Assembly (NCBI GenBank): GCA_033813795.1
Contig: JAPXRA010000001.1
Span: forward strand, 1 to 34,037
Source: Aeromicrobium sp.
GTDB lineage: Bacteria; Actinomycetota; Actinomycetes; Propionibacteriales; Nocardioidaceae
Length of the DNA stretch: 34,037 nt
Direction: 5' to 3'
How positions within the stretch are numbered: the first letter of the stretch is position 1; each line of letters begins with the position of its first letter. The notes beneath the pieces were generated by a model, which worked only from the letters and a program-made list of their open reading frames with translations, had not been told where the DNA came from and made no database searches. A program made the position numbers and the translations under genes. Of the stretch, positions 10,122-19,351 are shown in pieces.

Positions 10122-10138
10122 TATATCGATACGATACA
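10122..10138. promoter_or_regulatory. Putative PadR operator (dyad TATATCG-N3-CGATACA)
   Basis: Near-perfect AT-rich palindrome (1 mismatch) about 33 nt upstream of the padR start, in the padR/pbp divergent region. Confidence 0.5.
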
Positions 10139-10243
10139 TCGAGTAGTAATAAAGTGCGAGACGCTAGTGGTTCGATTAGCACCTTCTCAGGTTGACCGGG
10201 CAGACTAGTGCGCTGGTATTGCAGTCACTGAAAGGACTGATTC

Positions 10244-12397
10244 GTGGCGAAGTCGCACACGACAACCAAGAAGCGTCCGTTCGCGAGGATCGCCCGTGCC
10301 ATCGGCGGCAACGGTTCCTGGCCGGTCCGCACCCTGCGCTGGCTGCTGTTCCTAGGGTTCTCTGCCGGGTTCCTCGGAGTCTTTGCGATCGTGATGCTTT
10401 ACGTCACGATTGATATTCCTGACCCGAACGCCGACTTCAAGACCGAAACCACGAACGTCTACTACTCAGACGGCAAGACCAAGATCGGCAGTTTTGCCAA
10501 ACAAGACCGGCAAAGCCTGGACTTCGACGAAATCCCGCAGGTTATGAAAGATGCCGTCGTGGCTGCGGAAGACCGCTCCTTCTGGGAGAACAACGGGATT
10601 GATTTGCGCGGTATCATCCGCGCTGCCCGAAACAACGCGACCAGCGGCCAGATCACTGGCGGCGGCTCCACCATCACCCAGCAGTACATAAAAATTCTGT
10701 ATTTGAACCAAGAGCGCTCCTATACCCGAAAGATCAAGGAAGCGCTGCTCTCGGTAAAGATCCACAACCAACTAACCAAGTCCGAAATCCTTGAGGGCTA
10801 CCTGAACACGATTTACTACGGCAACGGCGCCTATGGCATCGAAGTCGCGGCGCAGACCTACTTTGGAATTTCGGCGTCGGAGTTGGATCTTCGCCAGGCT
10901 GCCTTCTTGGCCACCGTGATCAACAACCCCTCCTACTTCGATCCGTTCACCGAAGGCGCCAAAGATCGAATCTTGCCCAGGTACAACTACGTCCTCGAAG
11001 GCATGTACAAGGAACAGGCGATCACCTCCGAGCAGTACTTGAAGGCTAAGTCCAAACTGCCGAAGTTCCGCAAGCAGAAGGTGAGCCACCGCTTCGGCGG
11101 GACGAGGGGATACCTGCTCGAAGTGGTCAAGCAGCAGATGCGAGCGGTGGGCTTCCTCGATTCTGAAATCGACGGAGGCGGCTTGAAGATCGTCACCACG
11201 TTCAGCCGCAAGCAGCAGGCCAAAGCAGTCTCGGCCGTCAAAGAAGTTAGACCTAGTGGGCTTAACGAACTGCACACCGCCGTGGTTTCGGTGCAGCCAG
11301 GCACCGGCGCGGTTCGGGCTCTCTATGGCGGCTCGAACTACCTAAAGAGTCAGTTGAACTGGGCGACCTTGAAAACTCAGCCCGGCTCGACCTTCAAAGC
11401 GTTCGCGGTGGTGGCGGCCTTGGAAAACGGTTACAGCCTGCAGACCCGACTCAACGGCAACTCACCGCTTCGGATCAATGGTGACGTGATCGAGAACCAG
11501 GGCGACAGCCTCGGCCGTTCCTACGGGATGGTCAACCTTGAACAGGCGACTCAGCACTCGGTGAATACCGCCTTTGTCGACTTGACCGACCAAATGGAGA
11601 ACGGTCCCGAAAAGATTCTCAAGGCCGCTCGCGAAGCCGGAATCCCGCAATCTACGATCGACGAAATCAGCCCGGTGCCGGGCGTCTCGCTCGGTTATGC
11701 GCCGGTCGCGCCGATTGACATGGCGAACGCCTATGCGACCTTGGCCGCTGACGGCAAGCGGGCCGATTGGTATGTCGTTCAGTCGGTCGATCAAGGTGAG
11801 AATGGCCGACTTTACGATCACAAGGTGGCCACGACGCAGTCAATTGACGAAGACGTTGCCGCGGACACGCTCGCGGCGCTTCAGACCGTGGTCAAGACCG
11901 GTACCGGCAAGTCCGGTCAGACGATTTGCGCCACGGCGGGCAAGACCGGAACAGCCACGGCCGGTTCCGGGGCGGACACTCGCGTTTCGTCCTCGTGGTT
12001 CGTTGGCGCCACCCCGAAGTTGGCGACCGCGGTGATGTACAACCGCGGCAACGGTAACGAGCAACTCGAGGGCTACTTGAATCCGTTCTACGGCGGCACC
12101 TATCCGGCCCAAACCTTCCGGGCGTTCATGAACAGCGCCCTTGAGGGCACCGAATGTGGAACGTTCGCCAAGCGCGCCAACATCAAGGCAAAGGAAGGGT
12201 CGACCATCCGGCCAATTCCTACGCCTACCGCGACGACGCGTCCAACGAAGAAGCCCAGCCCGGATACGAAAACGCCGGTGCCGACCACGCCGGTGCCGAC
12301 CACCCCGCCGGTGACGACGCCGACGCCGACGATTCCGACGCCGACGCCGACCCAAACTCCGACTGGGCCGCCCGATCCGGTCGATCCGGAGGGCTGA
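10244..12397 (+). CDS. ponA: Class A penicillin-binding protein (transglycosylase/transpeptidase, PonA1-like)
   Basis: N-terminal TM helix; GT51 motifs EDRSF, GGSTITQQYIK, RKIKE, YLNTIYYG; transpeptidase motifs STFK, SVN, KTGT; Pro/Thr tail; RBS AAAGGA. Confidence 0.93.
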   Translation: MAKSHTTTKKRPFARIARAIGGNGSWPVRTLRWLLFLGFSAGFLGVFAIVMLYVTIDIPDPNADFKTETTNVYYSDGKTKIGSFAKQDRQSLDFDEIPQVMKDAVVAAEDRSFWENNGIDLRGIIRAARNNATSGQITGGGSTITQQYIKILYLNQERSYTRKIKEALLSVKIHNQLTKSEILEGYLNTIYYGNGAYGIEVAAQTYFGISASELDLRQAAFLATVINNPSYFDPFTEGAKDRILPRYNYVLEGMYKEQAITSEQYLKAKSKLPKFRKQKVSHRFGGTRGYLLEVVKQQMRAVGFLDSEIDGGGLKIVTTFSRKQQAKAVSAVKEVRPSGLNELHTAVVSVQPGTGAVRALYGGSNYLKSQLNWATLKTQPGSTFKAFAVVAALENGYSLQTRLNGNSPLRINGDVIENQGDSLGRSYGMVNLEQATQHSVNTAFVDLTDQMENGPEKILKAAREAGIPQSTIDEISPVPGVSLGYAPVAPIDMANAYATLAADGKRADWYVVQSVDQGENGRLYDHKVATTQSIDEDVAADTLAALQTVVKTGTGKSGQTICATAGKTGTATAGSGADTRVSSSWFVGATPKLATAVMYNRGNGNEQLEGYLNPFYGGTYPAQTFRAFMNSALEGTECGTFAKRANIKAKEGSTIRPIPTPTATTRPTKKPSPDTKTPVPTTPVPTTPPVTTPTPTIPTPTPTQTPTGPPDPVDPEG
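12272..12352 (+). repeat. Coding tandem repeats of the PBP Pro/Thr-rich tail
   Basis: ACGCCGGTGCCGACC x2 exact (12272-12301), followed by ACGCCG hexamer runs, encoding TPVPTTPVPTTPPVTTPTPTIPTPTPT. Confidence 0.75.
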
Positions 12398-12402
12398 ACC
12401 GC

Positions 12403-13437
12403 CTAAGCCAAGGTGATCGCGTCGAAGGAAGCGATCGTGTAACGCACCTGCGCCGCGATCTTGTCGCCGACCTTTGGCAATTCGGCTCCGGCCGGAACGA
12501 ATATCATGCTCGCTTGCATGTGTGGCGGTTCGACGAACCAAGCCTGCTGGCCCGAGATGAAGAATGGCGACAACGCCCGGTTGCTGGCGGCGAGTAGACC
12601 TTTGGCAGCGACTTTGCCGCGTTCTTTGGTGCTGGCTACGGCCCGCGGGGCTTCCAGTCCGATGCCGTGACTGGTGCCGCCGGCCACGATCGCAATGTGA
12701 CCGGATTTCTTCACCGGTTGTTGTCGGTAGCCGATTCGATCACCCTTGGCGACCGGATGGACGTCGAGCACCGTCGACTCCACTTCGAAGGTGTCCAGCC
12801 GGCCCAGCCAAAGCGCCGTACCGATGCGCGGGCGAATCTTCAAGTTCGGCTTGGCGGCGGTCAAGGCGACAAATTCGTCGTTGGTCAGATGGGAGACAGA
12901 AACCGTCGCGGTGTCGAAAGCGGACTCTTCTAAGGCGACGCACCAGGCTTTCGCCTCGGCCAGGTTGGCTCCGGCCATCGGCAGGTGAATGGCCAAACCT
13001 TCCAGTTGCAGGCCTGACTGGGCAATCAAGCTGGCGGCGGCATCGAAGTCGGGGCGCACCATGCCGTGGCGGCGCATCGAGGTTTGGCCCTCGACCAGAA
13101 TCCGAGCGCCAGGAGCCAAGGCTGCTAGCGAAGAAATGTCCTGGACCCGACTGATGGTGTGGACGAGTCGCGGATCATCCAGTTGGAGCGAAAACGGGCG
13201 CCACGGGGTGAGCACCTGAACGTCTCCGGCAAACTCATCGAGCAGTTCGGCGGCCTCTTCGTAGGTGCCCACAGCGATCTGATCGACTCCGAGTCGCGTT
13301 GCTTGGGCCGCCAGGTTCGCTCGGCCGAGGCCGTAGCCGTTGCCTTTGATCACCGGGATGAGTCCTGGCCGCGATTTTTCGAACTCGGTTAGGTGGTCCT
13401 GCCACGGTTCGGCAGCAATCGTCAGGTCGAACGCCAT
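12403..13437 (-). CDS. Alanine-racemase-like (fold type III) PLP-dependent enzyme, divergent
   Basis: IPVIKGNGYGLG corresponds to the Alr VVKANAYGHG PLP-lysine motif; also TSMRRHG, RPRIGTALW, GDRIGYRQ. Start ATG 13437 (MAFDLTI), 6 nt after CATGAT. Confidence 0.8.
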   Translation of the reverse strand: MAFDLTIAAEPWQDHLTEFEKSRPGLIPVIKGNGYGLGRANLAAQATRLGVDQIAVGTYEEAAELLDEFAGDVQVLTPWRPFSLQLDDPRLVHTISRVQDISSLAALAPGARILVEGQTSMRRHGMVRPDFDAAASLIAQSGLQLEGLAIHLPMAGANLAEAKAWCVALEESAFDTATVSVSHLTNDEFVALTAAKPNLKIRPRIGTALWLGRLDTFEVESTVLDVHPVAKGDRIGYRQQPVKKSGHIAIVAGGTSHGIGLEAPRAVASTKERGKVAAKGLLAASNRALSPFFISGQQAWFVEPPHMQASMIFVPAGAELPKVGDKIAAQVRYTIASFDAITLA

Positions 13438-13478
13438 GGCTACATCATGACCGATCCCGGCTTGGCTAAACCGAAGGT

Positions 13479-14597
13479 TCAGCCGCGACGCTTCAGATAG
13501 GCGGTGAACGCCGCATAGAGCGGCCGGTTCAGCGGTAGGTCCCATTCGCCCAAGTACTCCACCGCTTCGCCGCCGGTGCCAACCTTGAACTGGAGCAGGC
13601 CAGCGTGCGAATCGTTCGGATCGAGGGTGTCGGTGATGCCGCGCAGGTCGTAGACGGTTGCGCCGGCGTCAAGCGAGTCGCGGATCATTTGCCACTGGAT
13701 CGCATTTGAGCCACGCACTTCTCGCTTCGCGCTGGTCGATGCGCCGTAGGAGTACCAAGCGTGGGTACCCACCTGCACCAGCGTGGTCGCGGCGACCACG
13801 TCGTCTTCGTGGCGAGCCAGATAAAGCCGCAGCCGATTCGGGTCCTCGGCGGTCATTGCGTCCCACATGGTTTCGAAGTACGAAAGTGGCCGCGGCGTGA
13901 AATTGTCGCGCTCGGCGGTTTCGAGGTAAACCCGATGGAATTGGGCCAGATCGGCGCGTGTGCCGGTGGTGACCTCCACGCCCAGTTTGGCCGACTTCTT
14001 GATGTTTCGACGCCAGAGTTGGTTCATCTGCGCCAAGACCTCGGCTTCGGTGAGTCCGGCGAGTCGCAGTTGGAAGTTGTATTTTGGTTGGCCGGCGGCA
14101 AAGCCGCCTTCACCGGAGATCTCCCGCCAGCGGTTCTGCCGCAGGGAGTTCGCTAGGGCGAGCACTGACTCATCGACCTCGTCGGGCTGGGCGTCGGCGA
14201 GGCGGGTGATCGACTCGTCGGCGAGCGCAGCTTTGAGGGTGGGCGCGTACCACCGCCGGGCGATGATGGCCGGACCGATTCGGATTCCGAATGCACCCTT
14301 TGGCTTCAGGTATTCCACCAGGGCGCTCAGGGCTGCGGGCACATCTGACGACCAGTCCAGCACCGGTCCTTCGGGCAAATAGGCCAAGTAGCGCTTGAGT
14401 CGAGGAACTTGGCGATAGAGCACAAGTGCCACGCCGACCAATTCTGATTTGTCGAACCAGCCGATCGACTCACTGCGCCATTCTGGTTTGACCAAGGCCC
14501 AGGCTGGCGTCTGCAGAAAACTCGCCGAACCGCGTTCGGCGATGAACGCGAGGTGCTGTTCGGCAGAAATCGGGCGTACCTGGGGGGAATGGCTCAC
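13479..14597 (-). CDS. FemAB/FemX-family aminoacyl-tRNA:peptidoglycan (lipid II) transferase, probably glycyl
   Basis: SFLQTPAW..VKPEW, LAYLPEGP, GQP, WRRNIKK, ETAERDNFTPRPLSYF, YSYGAS, YDLRGI, GLLQFKVGTGG..EYLGEWD; typical of the Streptomyces FemX/VanK type. Confidence 0.9.
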   Translation of the reverse strand: MSHSPQVRPISAEQHLAFIAERGSASFLQTPAWALVKPEWRSESIGWFDKSELVGVALVLYRQVPRLKRYLAYLPEGPVLDWSSDVPAALSALVEYLKPKGAFGIRIGPAIIARRWYAPTLKAALADESITRLADAQPDEVDESVLALANSLRQNRWREISGEGGFAAGQPKYNFQLRLAGLTEAEVLAQMNQLWRRNIKKSAKLGVEVTTGTRADLAQFHRVYLETAERDNFTPRPLSYFETMWDAMTAEDPNRLRLYLARHEDDVVAATTLVQVGTHAWYSYGASTSAKREVRGSNAIQWQMIRDSLDAGATVYDLRGITDTLDPNDSHAGLLQFKVGTGGEAVEYLGEWDLPLNRPLYAAFTAYLKRRG

Positions 14598-14618
14598 CCC
14601 TTGAGGCTAGCCGGAAGT

Positions 14619-14637
14619 GTTTGTTAGGGTGACCTAA
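14619..14637 (+). promoter_or_regulatory. DtxR/IdeR-type iron box
   Basis: gtttGTTAGGGTGACCTAA versus consensus TTAGGTTAGGCTAACCTAA (13 of the last 15 positions match), 35 nt upstream of a siderophore-interacting protein gene. Confidence 0.7.
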
Positions 14638-14672
14638 GTAATTGAAGTAGAGGTTTCTGTGAAGGGAAAAGC

Positions 14673-15563
14673 GTGAAGGCATTTGCCGCAAAAGTGATCG
14701 CCAAGCGTGAGTTGTCGGCCCATTTGATCTCGGTCACGCTCGGGGGCCTAGCCGGCTGGCAGTCCACCTCGATCGCCGATGAATACGTCCGGTTGCTCTT
14801 GCCGCCGGCGGGCACCGACGATGTTCAACTTCCGGTGATCGGCGAGGACTGGTCGTTCACCTATCCGCCTGGTGCGCCCGAACTCCTCTCGCGGGTTTAC
14901 ACGGTTTCGGACTACCGAATCGTTGACGGCGATGTCCGGATTGACGTCGACATCGTGGTCCACGCTGACGGCCCCGGTTCTGACTGGGCCAGGACTTGCC
15001 AGGTCGAAGACGTGGTTGGGGTGCTGGAGCCGCACGGGCTATACCGGCCAAGCGCGCAGGCAACTGAACAGTTGCTGGTGTGCGACCTGACTGGCGTTCC
15101 GGCGGTGGCCAGAATCTTGCGCGAACTGCCGTCAAGCCATCGTGCCACCGTGCACGTGGTGACCACCGACTCGGGCGACCAAGTTCCTTTGCCGTCGACT
15201 GCTTCAGTGGAGGTGACCTGGCACGTGGTCGATTCCGTCGGCGAGATTTGTGACGCACTGGTGTCAGCGGTGCGACGTCACCGGCTACCTACCGACCCGG
15301 TCGCCACCTACGTCTGGCTCGCGGGCGAAGCGCACGCCAGTCGCCAAGTACGCAAGTACCTGCGGCGCGAGCTCAACTGGCCACAGTCGGCGTTCTACAC
15401 CTGCGGCTACTGGCAAATCGACGCGGCAAAGTGGGCCGCTCGCTATGAGCAGGTGTCGGAACAAGTGACCTCCTTGGCGGCCGCGGCGCTTGAGCGAAGC
15501 GGCTCAGACGAAGGGGCCTATCTGGACGAACTAGATCAGATTTACGAGTCGGTCGGCCTGTGA
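14673..15563 (+). CDS. Siderophore-interacting protein (ViuB-like FAD-binding ferric-siderophore reductase)
   Basis: DEYVRLLLP, SRVYTV, IDVDIVVH..GPGSDWA, DLTGVPAVARIL, WLAGEA, CGYW. Confidence 0.9.
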   Translation: MKAFAAKVIAKRELSAHLISVTLGGLAGWQSTSIADEYVRLLLPPAGTDDVQLPVIGEDWSFTYPPGAPELLSRVYTVSDYRIVDGDVRIDVDIVVHADGPGSDWARTCQVEDVVGVLEPHGLYRPSAQATEQLLVCDLTGVPAVARILRELPSSHRATVHVVTTDSGDQVPLPSTASVEVTWHVVDSVGEICDALVSAVRRHRLPTDPVATYVWLAGEAHASRQVRKYLRRELNWPQSAFYTCGYWQIDAAKWAARYEQVSEQVTSLAAAALERSGSDEGAYLDELDQIYESVGL

Positions 15564-15621
15564 AAGTACGTTGAAGCGACCGAAGTAACGGCTGTTCACT
15601 GAACTGACATAGGCTCTGGCC

Positions 15622-16365
15622 ATGGCATCTAGCGTTGCGGCCCATACGGTTGATTTGGTCAAGACTTACGGCAAAGGAAACGCTCAAGTTAGCGCCCTAG
15701 CGGGAGTCTCAGTCGAGATTCAGGCAGGTGAGTTCACCGCGATCATGGGTCCGTCGGGCTCGGGCAAGAGCACCCTGATGCACTGCATGGCCGCGTTGGA
15801 TGCGCCCGACTCCGGTCAGGTAGTTATCGGTGACACCCAGTTGTCGAGCCTCAACGACAAGGCGCTGACCTTGATGCGGCGCAGTCAGATCGGCTTTGTC
15901 TTCCAGTCGTTCAACTTGGTGCCCACCTTGACGGCCGAAGAGAACATCTTGTTGCCGCTGTCGATCGCCGGTAAGAAACCCGACGCCGACTGGTACGCCA
16001 CCGTGATCGACGCGGTCGGCTTGGCCGATCGCCTGGCGCACCGGCCAAACGAAATGTCTGGTGGCCAACAACAGCGGGTGGCCTGCGCGCGCGCCCTCGT
16101 GAGTCGACCCTCGATCGTTTTTGCCGATGAGCCGACCGGAAACCTTGACTCGACTTCAGGCGCCGAAGTGTTGCGCTTTTTGCGTCGCAGCGTTGATGAG
16201 TTCAACCAAACGGTCGTCATGGTCACCCACGATCCGGTCGCCGCCAGCTACACCGATCGAGTTATCTATCTGGCCGACGGCCAAGTTGTGGCCGAACTGC
16301 GTGAACCTACCAGCGAAAAAGTGCTCGAACAGATGACGGCGATCCAGCGCAAGATCGGTTCGTGA
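15622..16365 (+). CDS. ABC transporter ATP-binding protein (LolD/MacB type)
   Basis: Walker A GPSGSGKST, GFVFQSFNL, signature MSGGQQQRVA, FADEPTGNLD, MVTHD. Confidence 0.95.
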   Translation: MASSVAAHTVDLVKTYGKGNAQVSALAGVSVEIQAGEFTAIMGPSGSGKSTLMHCMAALDAPDSGQVVIGDTQLSSLNDKALTLMRRSQIGFVFQSFNLVPTLTAEENILLPLSIAGKKPDADWYATVIDAVGLADRLAHRPNEMSGGQQQRVACARALVSRPSIVFADEPTGNLDSTSGAEVLRFLRRSVDEFNQTVVMVTHDPVAASYTDRVIYLADGQVVAELREPTSEKVLEQMTAIQRKIGS

Positions 16366-16366
16366 G

Positions 16367-18922
16367 ATGCGAAAAGTCACGCTGCGCAATCTGTTTGCGC
16401 ACAAACTGCGGCTGATCCTCAGCGCCTTCGCAATCGTTTTGGGCGTCGCGTTCCTTTCCGGGTCGCTGGTTTTCACCGACACGCTCGGACGAAGCTTTGA
16501 CCAGATTGCCTACGGCACGGTCACCGATGCAACGGTTCGACCGCTCGCTGAAGGTACTGACGCGATGACGTCGAGTTATAACCGCGACACCCGTTCCATT
16601 CCAGCGTCGGTAGTCCGCCAAATCACCGAACTTCCTGAGGTCGAACAGGCCCAAGGCGCCATCACCGGCACCGGGCTATTCGTGGTGAAGAAAGATAACC
16701 GACTGCTCGGCGGAACCGGCGCACCCACGCTCGGCCTGAACGCCGGGGTTGGCGACCCGATCCCAAATGCCGCCGGCGAACAAATGACCAAATGGATCGA
16801 CGGCGGTCTGCCAACTGGCGCCGGTGAGATCGCGCTGGACCAAGCCTCGGCCAAGAAGGCCGGTTACGCCATCGGTGACACGGTGAAACTTGCGATGCCC
16901 GGCGATCCGCCGATCGTGAAGGCCAAATTGGTTGGCATTTTCGAGTTTGCCGCTGGCGGTCTGGCGGGGGCCACCTTGGTGGTGTTCGACGACCCCACCG
17001 CCCAGAAGTTCTTCTACGAGGGCAAGGACGTCTTTTCGACGATTTCGGTCCAAGGTGCACCGGGCGTTTCACAAAAGCAATTGGTGGCCGCGCTGGACAA
17101 GGTGATCCCAAGTGGCACCGAGGCGCTGACCGGCGAAGAGCTTGGCAAAGAGTCCAAGGACTTGTTCGATCAACTGCTCGGTTTCATGAACACCTTCTTG
17201 CTGGTGTTTGCTGCGATCGCCTTGGTTGTTGGCACTTTCTTAATCGTGAACACCTTCTCGATTCTGGTTGCGCAACGCAGTCGAGAACTCGCCCTGTTGC
17301 GGGCGCTCGGCGCTTCGCGCCGCCAAGTTAGCCGTTCGGTCTTGGCCGAGGCGTTCGTGATCGGGCTGATCGGTTCGACCCTGGGCTTGGCTTTGGGTTT
17401 CGCGTTGGCGATGTTGCTCAAGGTCTTGTTCAGCAACTTCGGCCTCGACTTGTCGGGAACCGACCTAGTGTTCAAGCCCAGAACGGTGCTGGCTGGCTAT
17501 TTGGTCGGCGTGCTGGTCACGATGTTCGCCGCGTGGATTCCGGCTAGGCGTGCCGCCAAAGTTCCACCGGTTGCCGCCATGCGTGACGAAGTCGCGATGC
17601 CAGAATCGTCCCTTCGCTGGCGACTGGTTTTGGCTTTGGTTTTGGGCTTGGCCGGCGCTGCTGGCATGGCGGCGGGCTTGTGGCTCGACGTGCCTAAACC
17701 GGTGGTTTGGGTCGGCTTGGGCATCTTCGGTGTCTTGATGGCCGTTGCCTTGGGCAGCCCGATCGTGGCCGTGCCAGTGCTTTGGGTGTTCAACCTGATC
17801 TACCGGACCATTTTCGGCACCGTCGGCCGATTGGCTGCGCAGAATGCTCGCCGCAATCCGCGACGAACCGCCGCTACCGCTTCGGCACTGATGATCGGCT
17901 TGGCGCTGGTGACCACGATGTCGATCTTGGGGGCGTCGATCAACAAGTCAATCGACGCGGCCGTCGACCGGGAGTTCTCCGCTGACTTCCTCGTGCAGAA
18001 CGCGACCGGTCAACTCTTCTCTGCCGAAATCGGCAAAGAGTTGGCTCAAGTGCCAGGCGTGGCCGCGGTGGCAGCAAGCCAGACGCTCGGGCTTCAAGTC
18101 GGCCAGACTGGCTTGTTCGCCTCGGCCATCGACCCGGTGCAGTTCGCCAGAGTTTTCAAACTCTCCTTCGAGGCCGGTCGTGCCCCGGACTCTGCTGTCG
18201 AAGTCGCGCTGAGTCAAAGCACCGCGGAGGTCCTAGGGGTGTCCGTTGGTGATGTGTTGACTTTCGAGAACGTTAATTCCCAGCCCACGAAAGTCACCGG
18301 CATCTACGCTGACAGTCAAGTGGTCGGCCAAGCGCTGGTTACCCAAGAGTTCGTTACCGAACTGCAGATGGCCAGAGCCGACTCGGCACTCGGTATCAGC
18401 ATAGAGCCCGGCGCCGGCGTCAAGACGGTGCTTGCTGGCCTAGAACGCGTGGTTGCTGACAACCCGACGGTCGTGGTCCAAGACAAGCAGAGTTTTGCTG
18501 AGGCTCAACGCGCCCAAGTCAACACCTTGCTCTACCTGATTTACGCCCTGCTGGCATTGGCCATCGTGATTGCGGTCCTAGGCATCGTGAACACGCTGGC
18601 ATTGAGTGTGATCGAACGGACCCGGGAGATCGGCTTGCTGCGTGCCGTCGGGCTGACGCGCGGTCAACTTCGCCGCATGGTTCGGCTCGAATCAGTCGCC
18701 ATCGCCATCTTGGGCGCCGTGCTCGGCATCGGTGCCGGACTGGTTTTCGGCCTCGCATTACAGCGCTCGTTCGCCGAGGACGGGATCACCGATCTGGCGA
18801 TACCGCTTGGCTCCTTGGTGGTTTTCGTGGTCGTCTCGGCGATCGTGGGAATCTTGGCCGCAGTTTTGCCGGCCAGGCGCGCCGCCAAACTTGATGTGCT
18901 CACGGCCATTGCTGGCGAATAG
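16367..18922 (+). CDS. ABC transporter permease with duplicated FtsX/MacB domains
   Basis: 851 aa; IVNTFSILVAQRSRELALLRALGASRRQV, RNPRRTAATA, VNTLALSVIERTREIGLLRAVG. Starts 1 nt after the ATPase stop. Confidence 0.93.
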   Translation: MRKVTLRNLFAHKLRLILSAFAIVLGVAFLSGSLVFTDTLGRSFDQIAYGTVTDATVRPLAEGTDAMTSSYNRDTRSIPASVVRQITELPEVEQAQGAITGTGLFVVKKDNRLLGGTGAPTLGLNAGVGDPIPNAAGEQMTKWIDGGLPTGAGEIALDQASAKKAGYAIGDTVKLAMPGDPPIVKAKLVGIFEFAAGGLAGATLVVFDDPTAQKFFYEGKDVFSTISVQGAPGVSQKQLVAALDKVIPSGTEALTGEELGKESKDLFDQLLGFMNTFLLVFAAIALVVGTFLIVNTFSILVAQRSRELALLRALGASRRQVSRSVLAEAFVIGLIGSTLGLALGFALAMLLKVLFSNFGLDLSGTDLVFKPRTVLAGYLVGVLVTMFAAWIPARRAAKVPPVAAMRDEVAMPESSLRWRLVLALVLGLAGAAGMAAGLWLDVPKPVVWVGLGIFGVLMAVALGSPIVAVPVLWVFNLIYRTIFGTVGRLAAQNARRNPRRTAATASALMIGLALVTTMSILGASINKSIDAAVDREFSADFLVQNATGQLFSAEIGKELAQVPGVAAVAASQTLGLQVGQTGLFASAIDPVQFARVFKLSFEAGRAPDSAVEVALSQSTAEVLGVSVGDVLTFENVNSQPTKVTGIYADSQVVGQALVTQEFVTELQMARADSALGISIEPGAGVKTVLAGLERVVADNPTVVVQDKQSFAEAQRAQVNTLLYLIYALLALAIVIAVLGIVNTLALSVIERTREIGLLRAVGLTRGQLRRMVRLESVAIAILGAVLGIGAGLVFGLALQRSFAEDGITDLAIPLGSLVVFVVVSAIVGILAAVLPARRAAKLDVLTAIAGE

Positions 18923-18972
18923 CGAGTCAAGAACGGCCCAGCGCTGATTGGCTTCGCCAGACAATCGGCTGT

Positions 18973-19054
18973 TAGACTCGACAAGTTGCCAATTTTGGCG
19001 ACCCCTCCTGTGGCGGAAAGCCCGTCACCGTTTAGTCCGAAGGAGATCGCAGTG
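18973..19054 (+). promoter_or_regulatory. rpsF promoter (-10 TAGACT) and S6:S18 autoregulatory mRNA leader
   Basis: CTCCT (19005-19009) can pair with the SD AGGAG (19041-19045). It encloses the hairpin GTGGCGG-aaagc-CCGTCAC followed by CCG, the architecture of the known S6:S18 leader. Confidence 0.65.
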
Positions 19055-19351
19055 TCACTGCGCAAGTATGAAGTCATGGTCATCCTTGATGGCGATGTCG
19101 ATGAGCGCTCGGTCGAGAAGAGCCTCTCCACCTACCTGACCAACACCGTCGTCAGCGACGGCGGCACGGTAGATGAGATCGATGTCTGGGGCAAGCGTCG
19201 CTTCGCCTACGAGATCAACAAGAAGTCCGAAGGTATCTACGCCGTTATCGGCATGTCGGCTGAGCCGGCTTCGGTCAAGGAACTCGATCGTCAGCTTTCG
19301 CTGAACGAATCGGTCATTCGCACGAAGGTTACGCGTCCGGACGTTAAGTGA
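19052..19351 (+). CDS. rpsF: 30S ribosomal protein S6
   Basis: GTG 19052 after AGGAG; [13 protein letters not shown]...[18 protein letters not shown]...[17 protein letters not shown]. Confidence 0.97.
   Translation: MSLRKYEVMVILDGDVDERSVEKSLSTYLTNTVVSDGGTVDEIDVWGKRRFAYEINKKSEGIYAVIGMSAEPASVKELDRQLSLNESVIRTKVTRPDVK

Noticed and set aside
12403-13437. Assigning the symbol alr
   Set aside because: The substrate-pocket motifs differ from true alanine racemases, so activity cannot be assumed.
15594-15604. Palindrome GTTCA-C-TGAAC just upstream of the ABC ATPase -10
   Set aside because: It has only 5-bp arms and no neighbouring regulator, so it cannot be separated from chance.
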